Source: a virus
Taxonomy: Duplodnaviria; Caudoviricetes
DNA: 39,781 bases
Virus record (IMG/VR): IMGVR_UViG_3300048889_000027
Location: 1 to 39,781 of that record
Reading direction: 5' to 3' (one strand)
A program made the translations under genes and the position numbers. Shown piece by piece: positions 15,337 through 24,150 of this stretch (position 1 is its first letter; each line of letters opens with the position of its first letter). The notes under the pieces were generated by a model. The model made no database searches. It saw only the letters and a list, made by a program, of their open reading frames with translations, and was not told the origin of the DNA.

Positions 15337-17571
15337 TCACACGCTCATCCATCCGGTGTTCTGCGCGCCCTCGTAGAGCGTGCGGCTCGTCGGGAACTGC
15401 CGCTCAATGATGCTGTCCAGCGTGGCGTCGCGCTGCTCCCGCAACCCCATCGCCAGCGTGCGAACGGCGTCTGCGCAGTTGTGGACGACAGCACCGTTCG
15501 CCAGCGAGAAGCACTCAGCGTCAGGGACTGTCAGACACCAGACGTCAGCCGTCTCGTTTAGCCGCTTGACGGTTGCGCCAAGCCCGCGCCTTGCATACTT
15601 CGGAGCAATATTTATGGGGGTGGAGCCTATTTCTTTCGACGGCCATAAACTGCGCGCCACATACCTCACAAGCCTTTGCAACACGCGAATGCTTGACGAA
15701 ATCAGAGGCCCTGGCGTGTCTACTGTGCCATAGACGCCCTTCCTCTGAGCCGTGCCACTCAGCAGCTCGCTTTCGCGCATTCTCTGTAAAATGCTCGATC
15801 CAGGTGCCGTCTGCCTTTCGCCGTTGCTTTCCGTCCAACGAGTATGAGGAGCGGATAGCGGCAGAGAGATGCTCGCTTGCAGGCACACATTCGAGGTTGG
15901 ATAGAGCATTGTTTTTGACGTCACCATCTCGATGGTGAATGTGGCAGCCGCGCGGTATTGTTCCGAAAGCCGCTTCCCACACCAGACGATGAGTGCGTTT
16001 ACCAGCAAGCGCGAAATACTTCTCACTTGGCCAGAGGCGATGGAGTTTGCCATCGAAATACTGCGTGAGAGGGTCAAGCATGATCGGATCTGCGAAGTCG
16101 GACGGAGGTCGCTTGCGTATGTCCACCCGCTTGCCGCGAGAAACATATGATCCGGCGTGCATCTCACCGTATTTCCGCCGTCGAACGCCACCACCACAAG
16201 TTGGGCATTGCGTCTTGTGATCCTTGGTGAGCGATACGGTCTCCAGCCACATGGTGTTAGGACCTCTCCTGTTTCGGGGAGGTCCATTATGCGACACGTC
16301 CCGTGACGTGTCAGTATCTTTGTTTCACCGGTGAAGCAATGTGATGACCAATCGTGGATAGGCTCGCTCTTAAACACGCCCATCTTGTCGTTGAAATCAC
16401 GATGATAATGCACGAGGCATTCGCGGGCGCGCTCCGTCTTGATCCTGTCGAACCAACATCTTGGAAGCAGCATCTTCACCGCATTGATGCCGTCTTCGAT
16501 CTCCTGGCGTGGCAGGACACGGACCTTGCGTCCGTTGGCGCGCAGCAGCTCCTCTCGGGTCTTGCCGGTGCCCAACTCACGCGCTCCAGCATCGTGGGGC
16601 AATAAGTCTGTGCCATAGCGATAAGGCTTGCTGTCCAACCAACTGACGTAATGCGTCAGCGGCTCGCCTGTCCCTTCATAATAATCAACGACATGTACTT
16701 CCTTGCCGACAAGCTGCACGCAGACGATGGAGGTCGCATCTGCGATCCCAAGATCCCAAGCAGTCCAGACCGGCACCGCCGGGTCGTAGGGCACACTGCA
16801 TATACGCCCCTCAGCATCCATCGCAGCAAGTTCAGTGCGATAGATCGCACCTCTTATCGCCGCATCAAAGGAACACTGCAGTTCCTGGTCATACTGATCG
16901 GCCGTCATCATGCGCCGCATGTCGGCTAACTCGGCATCCGGCAGCAGGCCAGTGTCGGACGCGCGCAGGATCAGCGAATACCACTCGGGATCGGTCTCTG
17001 CCGCATGATGAATGCGGTAGAAGTCGTTGCGGCCCTTGGGCGTGCCGATGAACACCGCCCAGCCGTGCCGGTCAGCGAGCGACGGGCGGAGCACTTCGGG
17101 CCAGGCGCGCGGATCAATGTCGCCGTATTCGTCCATCACGATGCCGTCGTGATATGTGCCGCGCAGCCGGTCGAACGTCTCAGCCCCGTAAAGGCGCACG
17201 CGCGCCCCGTTCGGGAAGATCACCATCAGGTCGCTCTCGCGCTGCTCGATGCCGGGGATGTTTGCCGTGAAACGCTTGAGATAGGACCAGGCGGTGTCCT
17301 TGGCCTGCGCATAGGTCGGCGCGAGATAGGCGAAGCGGGCCTCCTGCTTGTCGCTGCGGATGGCGTGGTCGATCAGGTCCATGATGCAGGCGACAGTCTT
17401 GCCGGCGCGGCGATGCACGACGAGGCACGCCCATCGCTGCTTACGGCCATGAAAGTGCAGGAATTGCGGGCGGGGCCGGTAGCCGAGATCAATCCGCGTT
17501 CCCGGCTGGCGTGTCGTAGACGCCGATCTGACGGACTTTAGCGTCCCGCGTTTCGTCTTCGTCGATATCAC
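15337..17571 (-). CDS. terL: Terminase large subunit, intein-containing
   Basis: HRRAGKT Walker A, YLAPTYAQAK, LRG, VMDEY Walker B, FIGTPKG, AWDLG, LPHDA, HDWSSH|C-ADA; GTG 17571 has GGAG 6 nt upstream. Confidence 0.93.
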   Translation of the reverse strand: MISTKTKRGTLKSVRSASTTRQPGTRIDLGYRPRPQFLHFHGRKQRWACLVVHRRAGKTVACIMDLIDHAIRSDKQEARFAYLAPTYAQAKDTAWSYLKRFTANIPGIEQRESDLMVIFPNGARVRLYGAETFDRLRGTYHDGIVMDEYGDIDPRAWPEVLRPSLADRHGWAVFIGTPKGRNDFYRIHHAAETDPEWYSLILRASDTGLLPDAELADMRRMMTADQYDQELQCSFDAAIRGAIYRTELAAMDAEGRICSVPYDPAVPVWTAWDLGIADATSIVCVQLVGKEVHVVDYYEGTGEPLTHYVSWLDSKPYRYGTDLLPHDAGARELGTGKTREELLRANGRKVRVLPRQEIEDGINAVKMLLPRCWFDRIKTERARECLVHYHRDFNDKMGVFKSEPIHDWSSHCFTGETKILTRHGTCRIMDLPETGEVLTPCGWRPYRSPRITRRNAQLVVVAFDGGNTVRCTPDHMFLAASGWTYASDLRPTSQIRSCLTLSRSISMANSIASGQVRSISRLLVNALIVWCGKRLSEQYRAAATFTIEMVTSKTMLYPTSNVCLQASISLPLSAPHTRWTESNGERQTAPGSSILQRMRESELLSGTAQRKGVYGTVDTPGPLISSSIRVLQRLVRYVARSLWPSKEIGSTPINIAPKYARRGLGATVKRLNETADVWCLTVPDAECFSLANGAVVHNCADAVRTLAMGLREQRDATLDSIIERQFPTSRTLYEGAQNTGWMSV
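15478..16338 (-). mobile_element. Intein (287 aa) in the TerL nuclease domain
   Basis: Block A CFTGETKILT, block B VRCTPDHMFL, block F DVWCLTV, block G VVHN followed by Cys+1. Confidence 0.93.
15545..16126 (-). CDS. HNH endonuclease in an alternative frame inside the intein (start GTG 16126 or ATG 16081)
   Basis: THRLVWEAAFGTIPRGCHIHHRDGDVKNNALSNLECVPASEH, then CEVCG...KYCSEVCK. Confidence 0.88.
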   Translation of the reverse strand: MDIRKRPPSDFADPIMLDPLTQYFDGKLHRLWPSEKYFALAGKRTHRLVWEAAFGTIPRGCHIHHRDGDVKNNALSNLECVPASEHLSAAIRSSYSLDGKQRRKADGTWIEHFTENARKRAAEWHGSEEGRLWHSRHARASDFVKHSRVAKACEVCGAQFMAVERNRLHPHKYCSEVCKARAWRNRQAAKRDG

Positions 17572-17938
17572 GAACAACTCCGGTGACGATCATCAGCGGC
17601 GCACCGTTGGCGCCATACATCTCGTGCTGCAGCGGGTCTTTCCAGCCGGCACGGACTTTGAGCCAGAATATCGCCGCGGCGACGTTGTTGCCGCGCGTGG
17701 CCATCTTGAACAGCGACTGCGCGACGGCGGCATTGCTTTCGATAACCGCGAGTTGGATTTCGCGCTCGAAGTATTTGCGGAGGGTGACGTCGGAGATGCC
17801 GAGCACGGCGGCGGTTTCGTCCTGGGTGGAGCCGTAGCCAATCAGCGCCTTGACGGTGGCGCGGTCTTTATCCGTTGGCTGGTAAGGCTGGTTCCCTTGC
17901 CTGCGCTTTGGCTGTGTAGGTTTCGCCTGTGGTGGCAT
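17489..17938 (-). CDS. terS: Terminase small subunit
   Basis: HTH (TAAVLGISDVTLRKYF), VAQSLFKMAT, AAIFWLKVRAGW; directly upstream of TerL. Confidence 0.8.
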   Translation of the reverse strand: MPPQAKPTQPKRRQGNQPYQPTDKDRATVKALIGYGSTQDETAAVLGISDVTLRKYFEREIQLAVIESNAAVAQSLFKMATRGNNVAAAIFWLKVRAGWKDPLQHEMYGANGAPLMIVTGVVRDIDEDETRDAKVRQIGVYDTPAGNAD

Positions 17939-19136
17939 GCGTTGCCTGTTGTCCTGTGAAGGCTTGCCAGCGGAGCACGCTGACGTCGCAGTATACTGGG
18001 TCGAGTTCGCATGCGAAGCAATCACGCCCCTCCATTTCGCACGCTATGATCGTGGTGCCGGAGCCGGCGAAGGGATCAGCGACCGTCCGCCCGAATGGCG
18101 CGCCTTGCAGCAATGTGCGAACCAACTCGACTGGCTTCTGGGTGGTATGTAGCTCGTTTCTCTGCCGGGGCAGGCTGATGACATTCCCAATGCCCGGAAA
18201 GCCTCTGACATACGGCGGCGCTTTACGTGTCGCCCACATGATCAGTTCGTGTTGTGAGCGCCAACCCAATCCCATGCCTGGGGTTCCTTTGTTCCAAGCA
18301 ATCATGCTCCTAACACCGGCACCAGACGCTTCTGCGGCATCGAACAGATAGAGCCACATCCGCCAGTCTGTGAAGATGTAGAAAAACGATGACTGGATGG
18401 AGAACACCGAGGCGTTAATAAGCGCCGCGAACCCTCTGGAACTAAGACGATCATTGGCGATCTGCTTATGCTTCGCGGACGTTCCAACGCTGCCGACGCT
18501 ACGGTCGCTCTCCTGAAAGCCGCCTGAGCAGTAAGGGGGATCGGTGAGCGTCAGATCAGGATGCCCCCAGAACTCCACCAGGCCTAAGTCGTTCGACGAC
18601 CCACAGCGAAGCCGATGCCGCCCCAGCAGCCACACGTCGCCAGGCTGCGTGACAGGCTCGGCGGGCACATCCGGCACCTCGTCGGGATCAGTGAGGCCGG
18701 CGTTGCTACCCAACAGGCCCATCAGCTCGTGCTCGCCGAAGCCGGTAAGCCCTAGGTCGAAGCCCGCAAGCTGCAGCTCGCCCAACTCGAAGCTCAGCGC
18801 GTCGTCGTCCCAGCCGCCGTTGAGCGTCAGTTTGTTGTCGGCGATGCGGTAGGCCCTGATCTGCTCTGCGGACCAACCGGTGGCGACCATCGTGGGGACT
18901 TCGGCGAGGCCGATGGATTGCGCTGCCATGACGCGGCCGTGGCCTGCGATCAGCGTGCCGGCGTCATCGACGAGCACGGGCACGGTGAAGCCCCACTCTC
19001 GGATGCTGGCGGCGATCTGCTGTATCTGTTCTGGCGAGTGGGTTCGGGCGTTTCGTGCGTAGGGCAGCAACGATTTAACCGGCCTGCGCTCTACGGTGTC
19101 GGCAGGCCATTGCGTTCCGTTAATGTTGGCAACCAT
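17868..19136 (-). CDS. ParB/Srx-domain DNA methyltransferase (N6/N4 type)
   Basis: PYARNARTH, IAGHGR, RIADNK; LGRHRL.CG, TDPPY, HTTQKPVEL, DPFAGSGTT, ELDPVYCDV. Confidence 0.9.
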   Translation of the reverse strand: MVANINGTQWPADTVERRPVKSLLPYARNARTHSPEQIQQIAASIREWGFTVPVLVDDAGTLIAGHGRVMAAQSIGLAEVPTMVATGWSAEQIRAYRIADNKLTLNGGWDDDALSFELGELQLAGFDLGLTGFGEHELMGLLGSNAGLTDPDEVPDVPAEPVTQPGDVWLLGRHRLRCGSSNDLGLVEFWGHPDLTLTDPPYCSGGFQESDRSVGSVGTSAKHKQIANDRLSSRGFAALINASVFSIQSSFFYIFTDWRMWLYLFDAAEASGAGVRSMIAWNKGTPGMGLGWRSQHELIMWATRKAPPYVRGFPGIGNVISLPRQRNELHTTQKPVELVRTLLQGAPFGRTVADPFAGSGTTIIACEMEGRDCFACELDPVYCDVSVLRWQAFTGQQATHATTGETYTAKAQAREPALPANG

Positions 19137-19265
19137 TTGAATGGGTTACGTTAGTTTCCGGGAGTGGCGTGTTAGTTGCGCATCGCCTGGGCGACGGGGG
19201 TGTGCCGTCTGGGCGACCGCTGAGGACCTGGCTGCGGGGAGGTTTGCAGCCACGGCGCGCAGGGG

Positions 19266-19916
19266 TCACGGGACGACGGCAAGGTTGGCGGTCGGGACGT
19301 TCAGCGGCACCGTGGCCGCAAACAGGCTCAGGAGCACCCTACAGCGGGCTGGGCCGCTCAGCGTCACAATGCCGCGGAGACCTGCCATAGGCCCCTGTAG
19401 AAGCTCCACAGGCGATCCTAGGGGTATGTCTGCCCGTGGGGTGTCCCCGGGGTCATCAACGACGGAGCGGGAGGATGTTCTGGCGAGCAGGTGCTCGACG
19501 ACGCCTGCCGGGATGGGTGTGGGCCGATCAGGGGCGTGTCGGATGAGGCCGCCTACGCCTGCGGTGTGTTGGATGCTGCCCCAGGGGTCGCGTGCTGGGT
19601 CCATCTGCACGAACAGGTAGCGGCTGAACAACGGGACGATGCGGTCTGGGCGTTTGTTGCCGCGCTTGACGCAGAGCGGGAGGTAGCAGTCCCAGTGCTG
19701 TTCGACGAGGCCCTGGAGGGCTTGGTATTCGCGTTGTGGGTGGGTCCAGACGCAGTGCCAGCGAGGTCCGACACTACGGCTCCCGCACGACATGCGGAGG
19801 CTGGCGACGCTGCCCCTGCTGTCGTTACGTGGTGCAGTTGGTCGCAAATCGGCCGTATTGTCAAGATGGGTCAAGGTTGCTGCCGTTCTCGGGTGTGATG
19901 CCGTGCTCGCGGGCAT
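19266..19916 (-). CDS. NusG/RfaH-like transcription antiterminator (start uncertain, possibly 19874 or 19793)
   Basis: NGN domain WHCVWTHPQRE...PLFSRYLFV...TAGV and KOW domain GSPVELLQGPMAGLRGIV; sits at the Q-like position. Confidence 0.85.
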   Translation of the reverse strand: MPASTASHPRTAATLTHLDNTADLRPTAPRNDSRGSVASLRMSCGSRSVGPRWHCVWTHPQREYQALQGLVEQHWDCYLPLCVKRGNKRPDRIVPLFSRYLFVQMDPARDPWGSIQHTAGVGGLIRHAPDRPTPIPAGVVEHLLARTSSRSVVDDPGDTPRADIPLGSPVELLQGPMAGLRGIVTLSGPARCRVLLSLFAATVPLNVPTANLAVVP

Positions 19917-20298
19917 GGCATGGGCGACACAGCACTAGCAGGTCGCTTGGGCGCTCCTGCCCCTTCCGGTCGTAGGTCCGATGGTGAACATCGAGCGGCC
20001 CGTCTTCGCGCTCGCAGCGAGTGCAGCGGTATCTGGCGAATGCCAGGGCTTCTCGCCGCATCCCATGCCAGTGTTCGGTGAGCAGGTATTGTGGGTAGGG
20101 CAGCGACTTCAGCCAAGCAACAACCCAAGCGGCACCGCCTGGCAGATCAGCGTAAATTGGCGGGACATCGGGAACCTCCATCCGATCACGCCAGAGCGGA
20201 GGCTCATCCGGTGCTTCAGGTTCGGCGGGGAACAGCAGCCGCAGCCGCCCCTCGTGGTCGAGGTAGGCTTGGCTACCCCATGCCCGATTGACGGTCAT
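19861..20298 (-). CDS. HNH endonuclease
   Basis: YLLTEHW...RCTRC...LDVHHRTY...DLLVLCRPCHAREH. Confidence 0.85.
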   Translation of the reverse strand: MTVNRAWGSQAYLDHEGRLRLLFPAEPEAPDEPPLWRDRMEVPDVPPIYADLPGGAAWVVAWLKSLPYPQYLLTEHWHGMRREALAFARYRCTRCEREDGPLDVHHRTYDRKGQERPSDLLVLCRPCHAREHGITPENGSNLDPS

Positions 20299-20756
20299 GG
20301 CGTCGCTGGCCCAGGCACACCGGCCTGCTGATAGGCGCGGTTGAGTTGCTCACGGGAGAGGCACCGAGCGGTCTTCGTGCGATCCGCTACTGGCTGAACG
20401 GTCGAACGTAGGGCGGCGATCGTTTCCTCCACCACGCGAGTAACGTGCTGGATTTCATCCAGCGTCGGCTCACCGCGCTGACGGATTGGCGGTGGGGGAA
20501 GCTCTGCTTGTGGGGGCCTGTAGGCTTGCCACCAAGCACGCAGCAGCGCAACGAGTTCGCCATAGGTCGGGATGTATTTGCACTGCGCCGCGACGGCCTC
20601 CAACGAACGGATATTGAACGCCTCGTCGGGGAAGCGTAGGGCCAGCATCGGCGCGCTGGAGGCGACGAAATCGGCGGCCTCATCGTGGCTGGACCGGGCC
20701 GCGGTGAGCTTGCCGAGGTCGACCAACCATCGGCGGGTGACCTGCTGGTCAGCCAT
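20295..20756 (-). CDS. Hypothetical replication-module protein (possible helicase loader)
   Basis: Overlaps the end of the replication initiator gene; CKYIPTYGEL motif. Confidence 0.55.
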   Translation of the reverse strand: MADQQVTRRWLVDLGKLTAARSSHDEAADFVASSAPMLALRFPDEAFNIRSLEAVAAQCKYIPTYGELVALLRAWWQAYRPPQAELPPPPIRQRGEPTLDEIQHVTRVVEETIAALRSTVQPVADRTKTARCLSREQLNRAYQQAGVPGPATP

Positions 20757-21417
20757 ATCCGACCCCCTTCACCTGCTGGCGAAACACTGACAAATCAGCC
20801 ACTTCTGCGGTTCCTTCGATGACTATCAGCCCCTCCTCGGCGTCCATCTCGCGGGCCAGGTCGTGAAAAGCGTTCCGAGAATTTCGACGCCGCGCCACCC
20901 CCCCGGTCACGGGGGGGCTACGGGGGGGCTCTTTATCTTCCTTCTTGCTTTCTAGATTCTTAGCATTGGGGTCCCTAAGGGCCTGCCCTATGGGGTGCCC
21001 AGTGGCCTCCCCATTGGCTTTGGCATTGGGGACCCCATTGGGGGGGTCGGTTGGTTTCCCCCCGTTCCAACGCTTTGCGGCGTTCTCTCTGCCGACCTCG
21101 GATGCTACGGCGTCCTTGACCATGCGGCGGCTGTAGATCGTGCCGTCCGGGGTGCGGCTGAACACGCCAGCTTCCTCTAGTTCGGCCAGATACCGGGTGG
21201 CTTCCTTATCGGAGCAGCCTGCATTGGCTGCCATCTGGCGGATGGTGGCTGGCTTGCCACCTATGGTTAGATGCCCGACCGGACAGCCCTCGTGCATCAT
21301 GCACAAGACCTCCATCCAGAACCCGCGCGCGGCGAGGCTGCAGGGGTGCAACGCTGGGTCACCGCGCCAATCGCGCCAGGAGAATTTGCTCCAGCTGTGG
21401 CCGTTGCCGTTGCTCAT
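20749..21417 (-). CDS. Phage replication initiator-like protein
   Basis: WSKFSWRDWRGDPAL..CSLAARGFWMEVLC, ELEEAGVFSR...IYSRRMVKD; low-complexity linker containing repeats. Confidence 0.75.
   Translation of the reverse strand: MSNGNGHSWSKFSWRDWRGDPALHPCSLAARGFWMEVLCMMHEGCPVGHLTIGGKPATIRQMAANAGCSDKEATRYLAELEEAGVFSRTPDGTIYSRRMVKDAVASEVGRENAAKRWNGGKPTDPPNGVPNAKANGEATGHPIGQALRDPNAKNLESKKEDKEPPRSPPVTGGVARRRNSRNAFHDLAREMDAEEGLIVIEGTAEVADLSVFRQQVKGVGYG
20895..21065. promoter_or_regulatory. Candidate replication origin (iteron-like repeats within the initiator gene)
   Basis: GCATTGGGGTCCC / GCATTGGGGACCC / CCTATGGGGTGCCC / CCATTGG repeats next to a T-rich stretch (20930-20962). Confidence 0.45.
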
Positions 21418-21641
21418 GGCCGGACCTCCTCAACTCGGGTGTGCATGCCGGCGCAGCGAGTGCTGAACGCTCCATCGTCCATCAGAAGCCCCAGGTGGCG
21501 CGTGACCTGACCGGCACTGATGCCGAGTGCTGCGCCTAGGACGGCGTGCTTTGGCAGCGGAAGGCCTGCCACGGCCCGCGACTGAACGATGGCCAGCAGC
21601 GCGCGGCGCACGGCAATGCCGCGCTGCTTCTCGGCGCTCAT
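21414..21641 (-). CDS. Small winged-HTH protein
   Basis: LGAALGISAGQVTRHLGLL; ATGA coupling at both ends. Confidence 0.65.
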   Translation of the reverse strand: MSAEKQRGIAVRRALLAIVQSRAVAGLPLPKHAVLGAALGISAGQVTRHLGLLMDDGAFSTRCAGMHTRVEEVRP

Positions 21642-22147
21642 GGCTCGCCCTCCGCGCCAGGACGTGGAAGAAACACAAGGCGCCCGTGCATCTCTTCAAA
21701 AATAATAGCCTTCGGGTCGTCGCTATAGACGGCAGGCAAGACCTCAAAATGCTTGAAGCCAGCTAGTTCGGCCAAATTGGCAACAGCCTCACATTGCCTG
21801 ATCAAAGAGCCGACCGAGCCGATACGTGGCTTCAGTTCGTAAAACTGCCACCACCAATACAGGCTGTCGTCCGCCCTGTAGCGGACAGCTATATCCGCAA
21901 ATCCCATGATGCGGCCACGCGAAGCATGTGATGTGAAGGGGAACTCAGCCCAGACAATCTGACGAACGAAGGTGTATTTTTTGCTGAAAATTTCGCGTTC
22001 TATCGGTTCTAGCTTATCGGATCGCCAATACCGCAGCATCTGCAATTGCATCTGGTCGTGGCCGGCATCGCGATCGCTGGCGTCGTCATGCCAGCCGCTA
22101 GGGGTCCGGCCATAGACCGGGGCACGCACATCATGGTTCGGTGACAT
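21638..22147 (-). CDS. Putative PD-(D/E)XK nuclease
   Basis: AAGGAG RBS before ATG 22147; E...FADIAV...YELKP...GSLIRQ. Confidence 0.55.
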   Translation of the reverse strand: MSPNHDVRAPVYGRTPSGWHDDASDRDAGHDQMQLQMLRYWRSDKLEPIEREIFSKKYTFVRQIVWAEFPFTSHASRGRIMGFADIAVRYRADDSLYWWWQFYELKPRIGSVGSLIRQCEAVANLAELAGFKHFEVLPAVYSDDPKAIIFEEMHGRLVFLPRPGAEGEP

Positions 22148-22326
22148 AGGCACAGCTCTCCTTGCGTCGGCAAGGCGGCTGTGCGAAAAGGGATCAGCGA
22201 CGATCCATCCATTTGCGCGGCTGCCAGGCCGTTGGTTGAAGTCTTCAGCGGCCTCGGTGATTCCAACACCGGGGCCGTAACTACGTTTACGCGATTCTTG
22301 CGCGTGCATCCACAGGCGATGCGCGC

Positions 22327-22581
22327 TCACAGCCGATCCCCCGGTCGATACAACGGCGCGGTCGGCGCCTCGCGCTTGGCGGCAGCGATCTCCTGCGCCA
22401 GCGAGCCGGCCTGTGCCAGGCGCTGCAGGCGCGCCTTCCACGGCAGCCCCAGCAGCCGCGCCTTCTCGCGCACCGAGTACACGCTGCGGCCCAACCGCTT
22501 CGCCGCGACGACCGCCAGCACCCCCGCCGCGTGATACTCACGCAGCCGCGCCACCTCGGCCGCGGTCCAACGGCGGTTCAT
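22327..22581 (-). CDS. HTH protein (GcrA-N/Myb-like)
   Basis: RWTAAEVARLRE...AKRLGRSVYSVREKARLLGL. Confidence 0.7.
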   Translation of the reverse strand: MNRRWTAAEVARLREYHAAGVLAVVAAKRLGRSVYSVREKARLLGLPWKARLQRLAQAGSLAQEIAAAKREAPTAPLYRPGDRL

Positions 22582-23000
22582 GTGAACGTGGCCCTAAGCG
22601 GCAGTCCTAACCCGCGCAGCCCCGCCTCGACTTCTGGCCCGGAGCGGCACAGCAGGACGGGGCACCCGCAATATTCCAGCCGCTGGTGCATCGTGCGTTG
22701 GGCGGCGCTGGGATACGAGCCGGGCGCCTTCAGCTCGATGAAGTAGCTGCGCCCACGATATATGACCTCTATATCGGGCCAGCCTTTCTGGTATCCGCTG
22801 CGCTTCAGCTCTCCCTGCGCGCGCTTGGATCGCAGGCCCTCGCCGGGTGAGTGGTGCGCCACGGCACCGGGCGGCAGCGCAAGCGCGAGGTATTGCATCA
22901 CTGTGGCTTGGAGCTTCTCCTCCTCGTTGTTGCGCTTGACGGAAGGCAGCCGCTCGGCCCACGGCATCGGCGTCCGCGAGGCGCGCAGCACGGCGCTCAT
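22578..23000 (-). CDS. VRR-NUC domain nuclease
   Basis: EEKLQ, HHSPGEG, GYQKGWPDI, FIELKAP, SAAQ. Confidence 0.8.
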   Translation of the reverse strand: MSAVLRASRTPMPWAERLPSVKRNNEEEKLQATVMQYLALALPPGAVAHHSPGEGLRSKRAQGELKRSGYQKGWPDIEVIYRGRSYFIELKAPGSYPSAAQRTMHQRLEYCGCPVLLCRSGPEVEAGLRGLGLPLRATFT

Positions 23001-23404
23001 GCGGCCACCGGCAGGCGCTGATAGCAGCGGGCGAAGCAGACCCGGCAGTAGACGCCGCGCCACACCGGCTCGCCGCAGTAGTGGAACCCGCGCTCGCGAG
23101 GATGCCCGATCGGAAACTGGCACACGCGGACGCTGGGCAAGCGCGGCGGGGTTCTGTGCACGGGGGGATCCGCCACGACTGGCGGCAGCGGCGGAGGCGG
23201 TGCCACGCGCTTGGGCTTCGCCGGAGCATGACCGGGGATCGGCGACGGACGCGGCGGCAGCCCGATGCGGTGGACGCGGCCAATGACGGCGTTGCGGGTG
23301 GTGCGGAAGTGCGCGGCGATCGCCCCCGACGTGGCGCCCTCGGCCCACAGCCCACTCAGCGCCGCGTCCATCGCCTCAGTCCAGACGTTGCGCCGGTCGG
23401 TCAT
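22997..23404 (-). CDS. gcrA: GcrA-family transcription regulator
   Basis: WTEAMDAAL..LWAEG..SGAIA....TRNAVIGRVHRIGL; CQFPIGHP...FHYCG...YC. Confidence 0.85.
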   Translation of the reverse strand: MTDRRNVWTEAMDAALSGLWAEGATSGAIAAHFRTTRNAVIGRVHRIGLPPRPSPIPGHAPAKPKRVAPPPPLPPVVADPPVHRTPPRLPSVRVCQFPIGHPRERGFHYCGEPVWRGVYCRVCFARCYQRLPVAA

Positions 23405-23544
23405 GATGGCGCCGCCAGCGCGGGCCAGTGAAACAGGCACCATTGCCGGCGCGGCACGGGACGCTTCAGCAGGAACAACTCGCGGACGCCCTCGCACCCA
23501 GGCTCCACGGCAATCGCGGGGGCCGTGCACAGATCGCACTTCAT
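23401..23544 (-). CDS. Small Cys-containing hypothetical protein
   Basis: MKCDLC...WCLFHW; ATGA coupling. Confidence 0.55.
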   Translation of the reverse strand: MKCDLCTAPAIAVEPGCEGVRELFLLKRPVPRRQWCLFHWPALAAPS

Positions 23545-23750
23545 AACGGGCGCGCGTCGCGGTCGAGGGCGTTCGACACGCTCTGCGCGCTCACGCCGAG
23601 CAGGCGCCCCACGTTGCCGGACGACAGCCCGAGCCCCTTGAGGCGGCGGATCAGCCACAGCTGCTGCACGGTCCACTGGCTGCCTGGTCGATGCCGCGGC
23701 ACCGGCAGTTCTCCGCCGCAGATCGGGCATGGTATGCGCTGCTCGCTCAC
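23541..23750 (-). CDS. Small Zn-ribbon/HTH protein
   Basis: CPICGG and VGRLLGVSAQSVSNAL; GTGA coupling. Confidence 0.6.
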   Translation of the reverse strand: MSEQRIPCPICGGELPVPRHRPGSQWTVQQLWLIRRLKGLGLSSGNVGRLLGVSAQSVSNALDRDARPL

Positions 23751-23851
23751 AGGACGGCATCCAGCACCCGCCAGACGGCGATCCAGAACGCCGCCACCCA
23801 GCAGGCCAGCGCGACCCACAGCCACCACAGCGGGGGGTGGTAGACCGTCAT
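23747..23851 (-). CDS. 34-aa membrane peptide MTVYHPPLWWLWVALACWVAAFWIAVWRVLDAVL
   Basis: Coupled to both neighbours by ATGA/GTGA overlaps; not in the ORF track. Confidence 0.55.
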   Translation of the reverse strand: MTVYHPPLWWLWVALACWVAAFWIAVWRVLDAVL

Positions 23852-24063
23852 TCGACGGCCTGCTTCAACGGTGACAGGCGCTTCAGATCACGCGCCGTCA
23901 CCCGAAGGCCGCGCGCCGCCGCTGCGTCCTCAACGCAGAGCCAATATTTCGACGGAATCCCACGGACTGGCCAATGGACCATGCGGCGCGCGTTGACCTT
24001 GATGGCAGCGGCCAGCGCCGCCATCCCACCAAATGCCTCGATCACGTCGGAATGCGACCGCAT
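23848..24063 (-). CDS. Cro-like regulator
   Basis: DVIEAFGGMAALAAAI...HWPVRGIPSKYW; divergent from the XRE repressor. Confidence 0.75.
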   Translation of the reverse strand: MRSHSDVIEAFGGMAALAAAIKVNARRMVHWPVRGIPSKYWLCVEDAAAARGLRVTARDLKRLSPLKQAVE

Positions 24064-24150
24064 CCGACAAAAGGTAAACACTTGTCGTTATATCCGCAAG
24101 ACGCTATTTGGTCTTAGACACAGACTCCTGGAAGCTGACATATTGTCACC
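24064..24150. promoter_or_regulatory. Divergent promoter/operator region; palindrome TGACATATTGTCA at 24136-24148
   Basis: AT-rich spacer between cro-like and cI-like genes; a related site lies at 24574. Confidence 0.6.
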
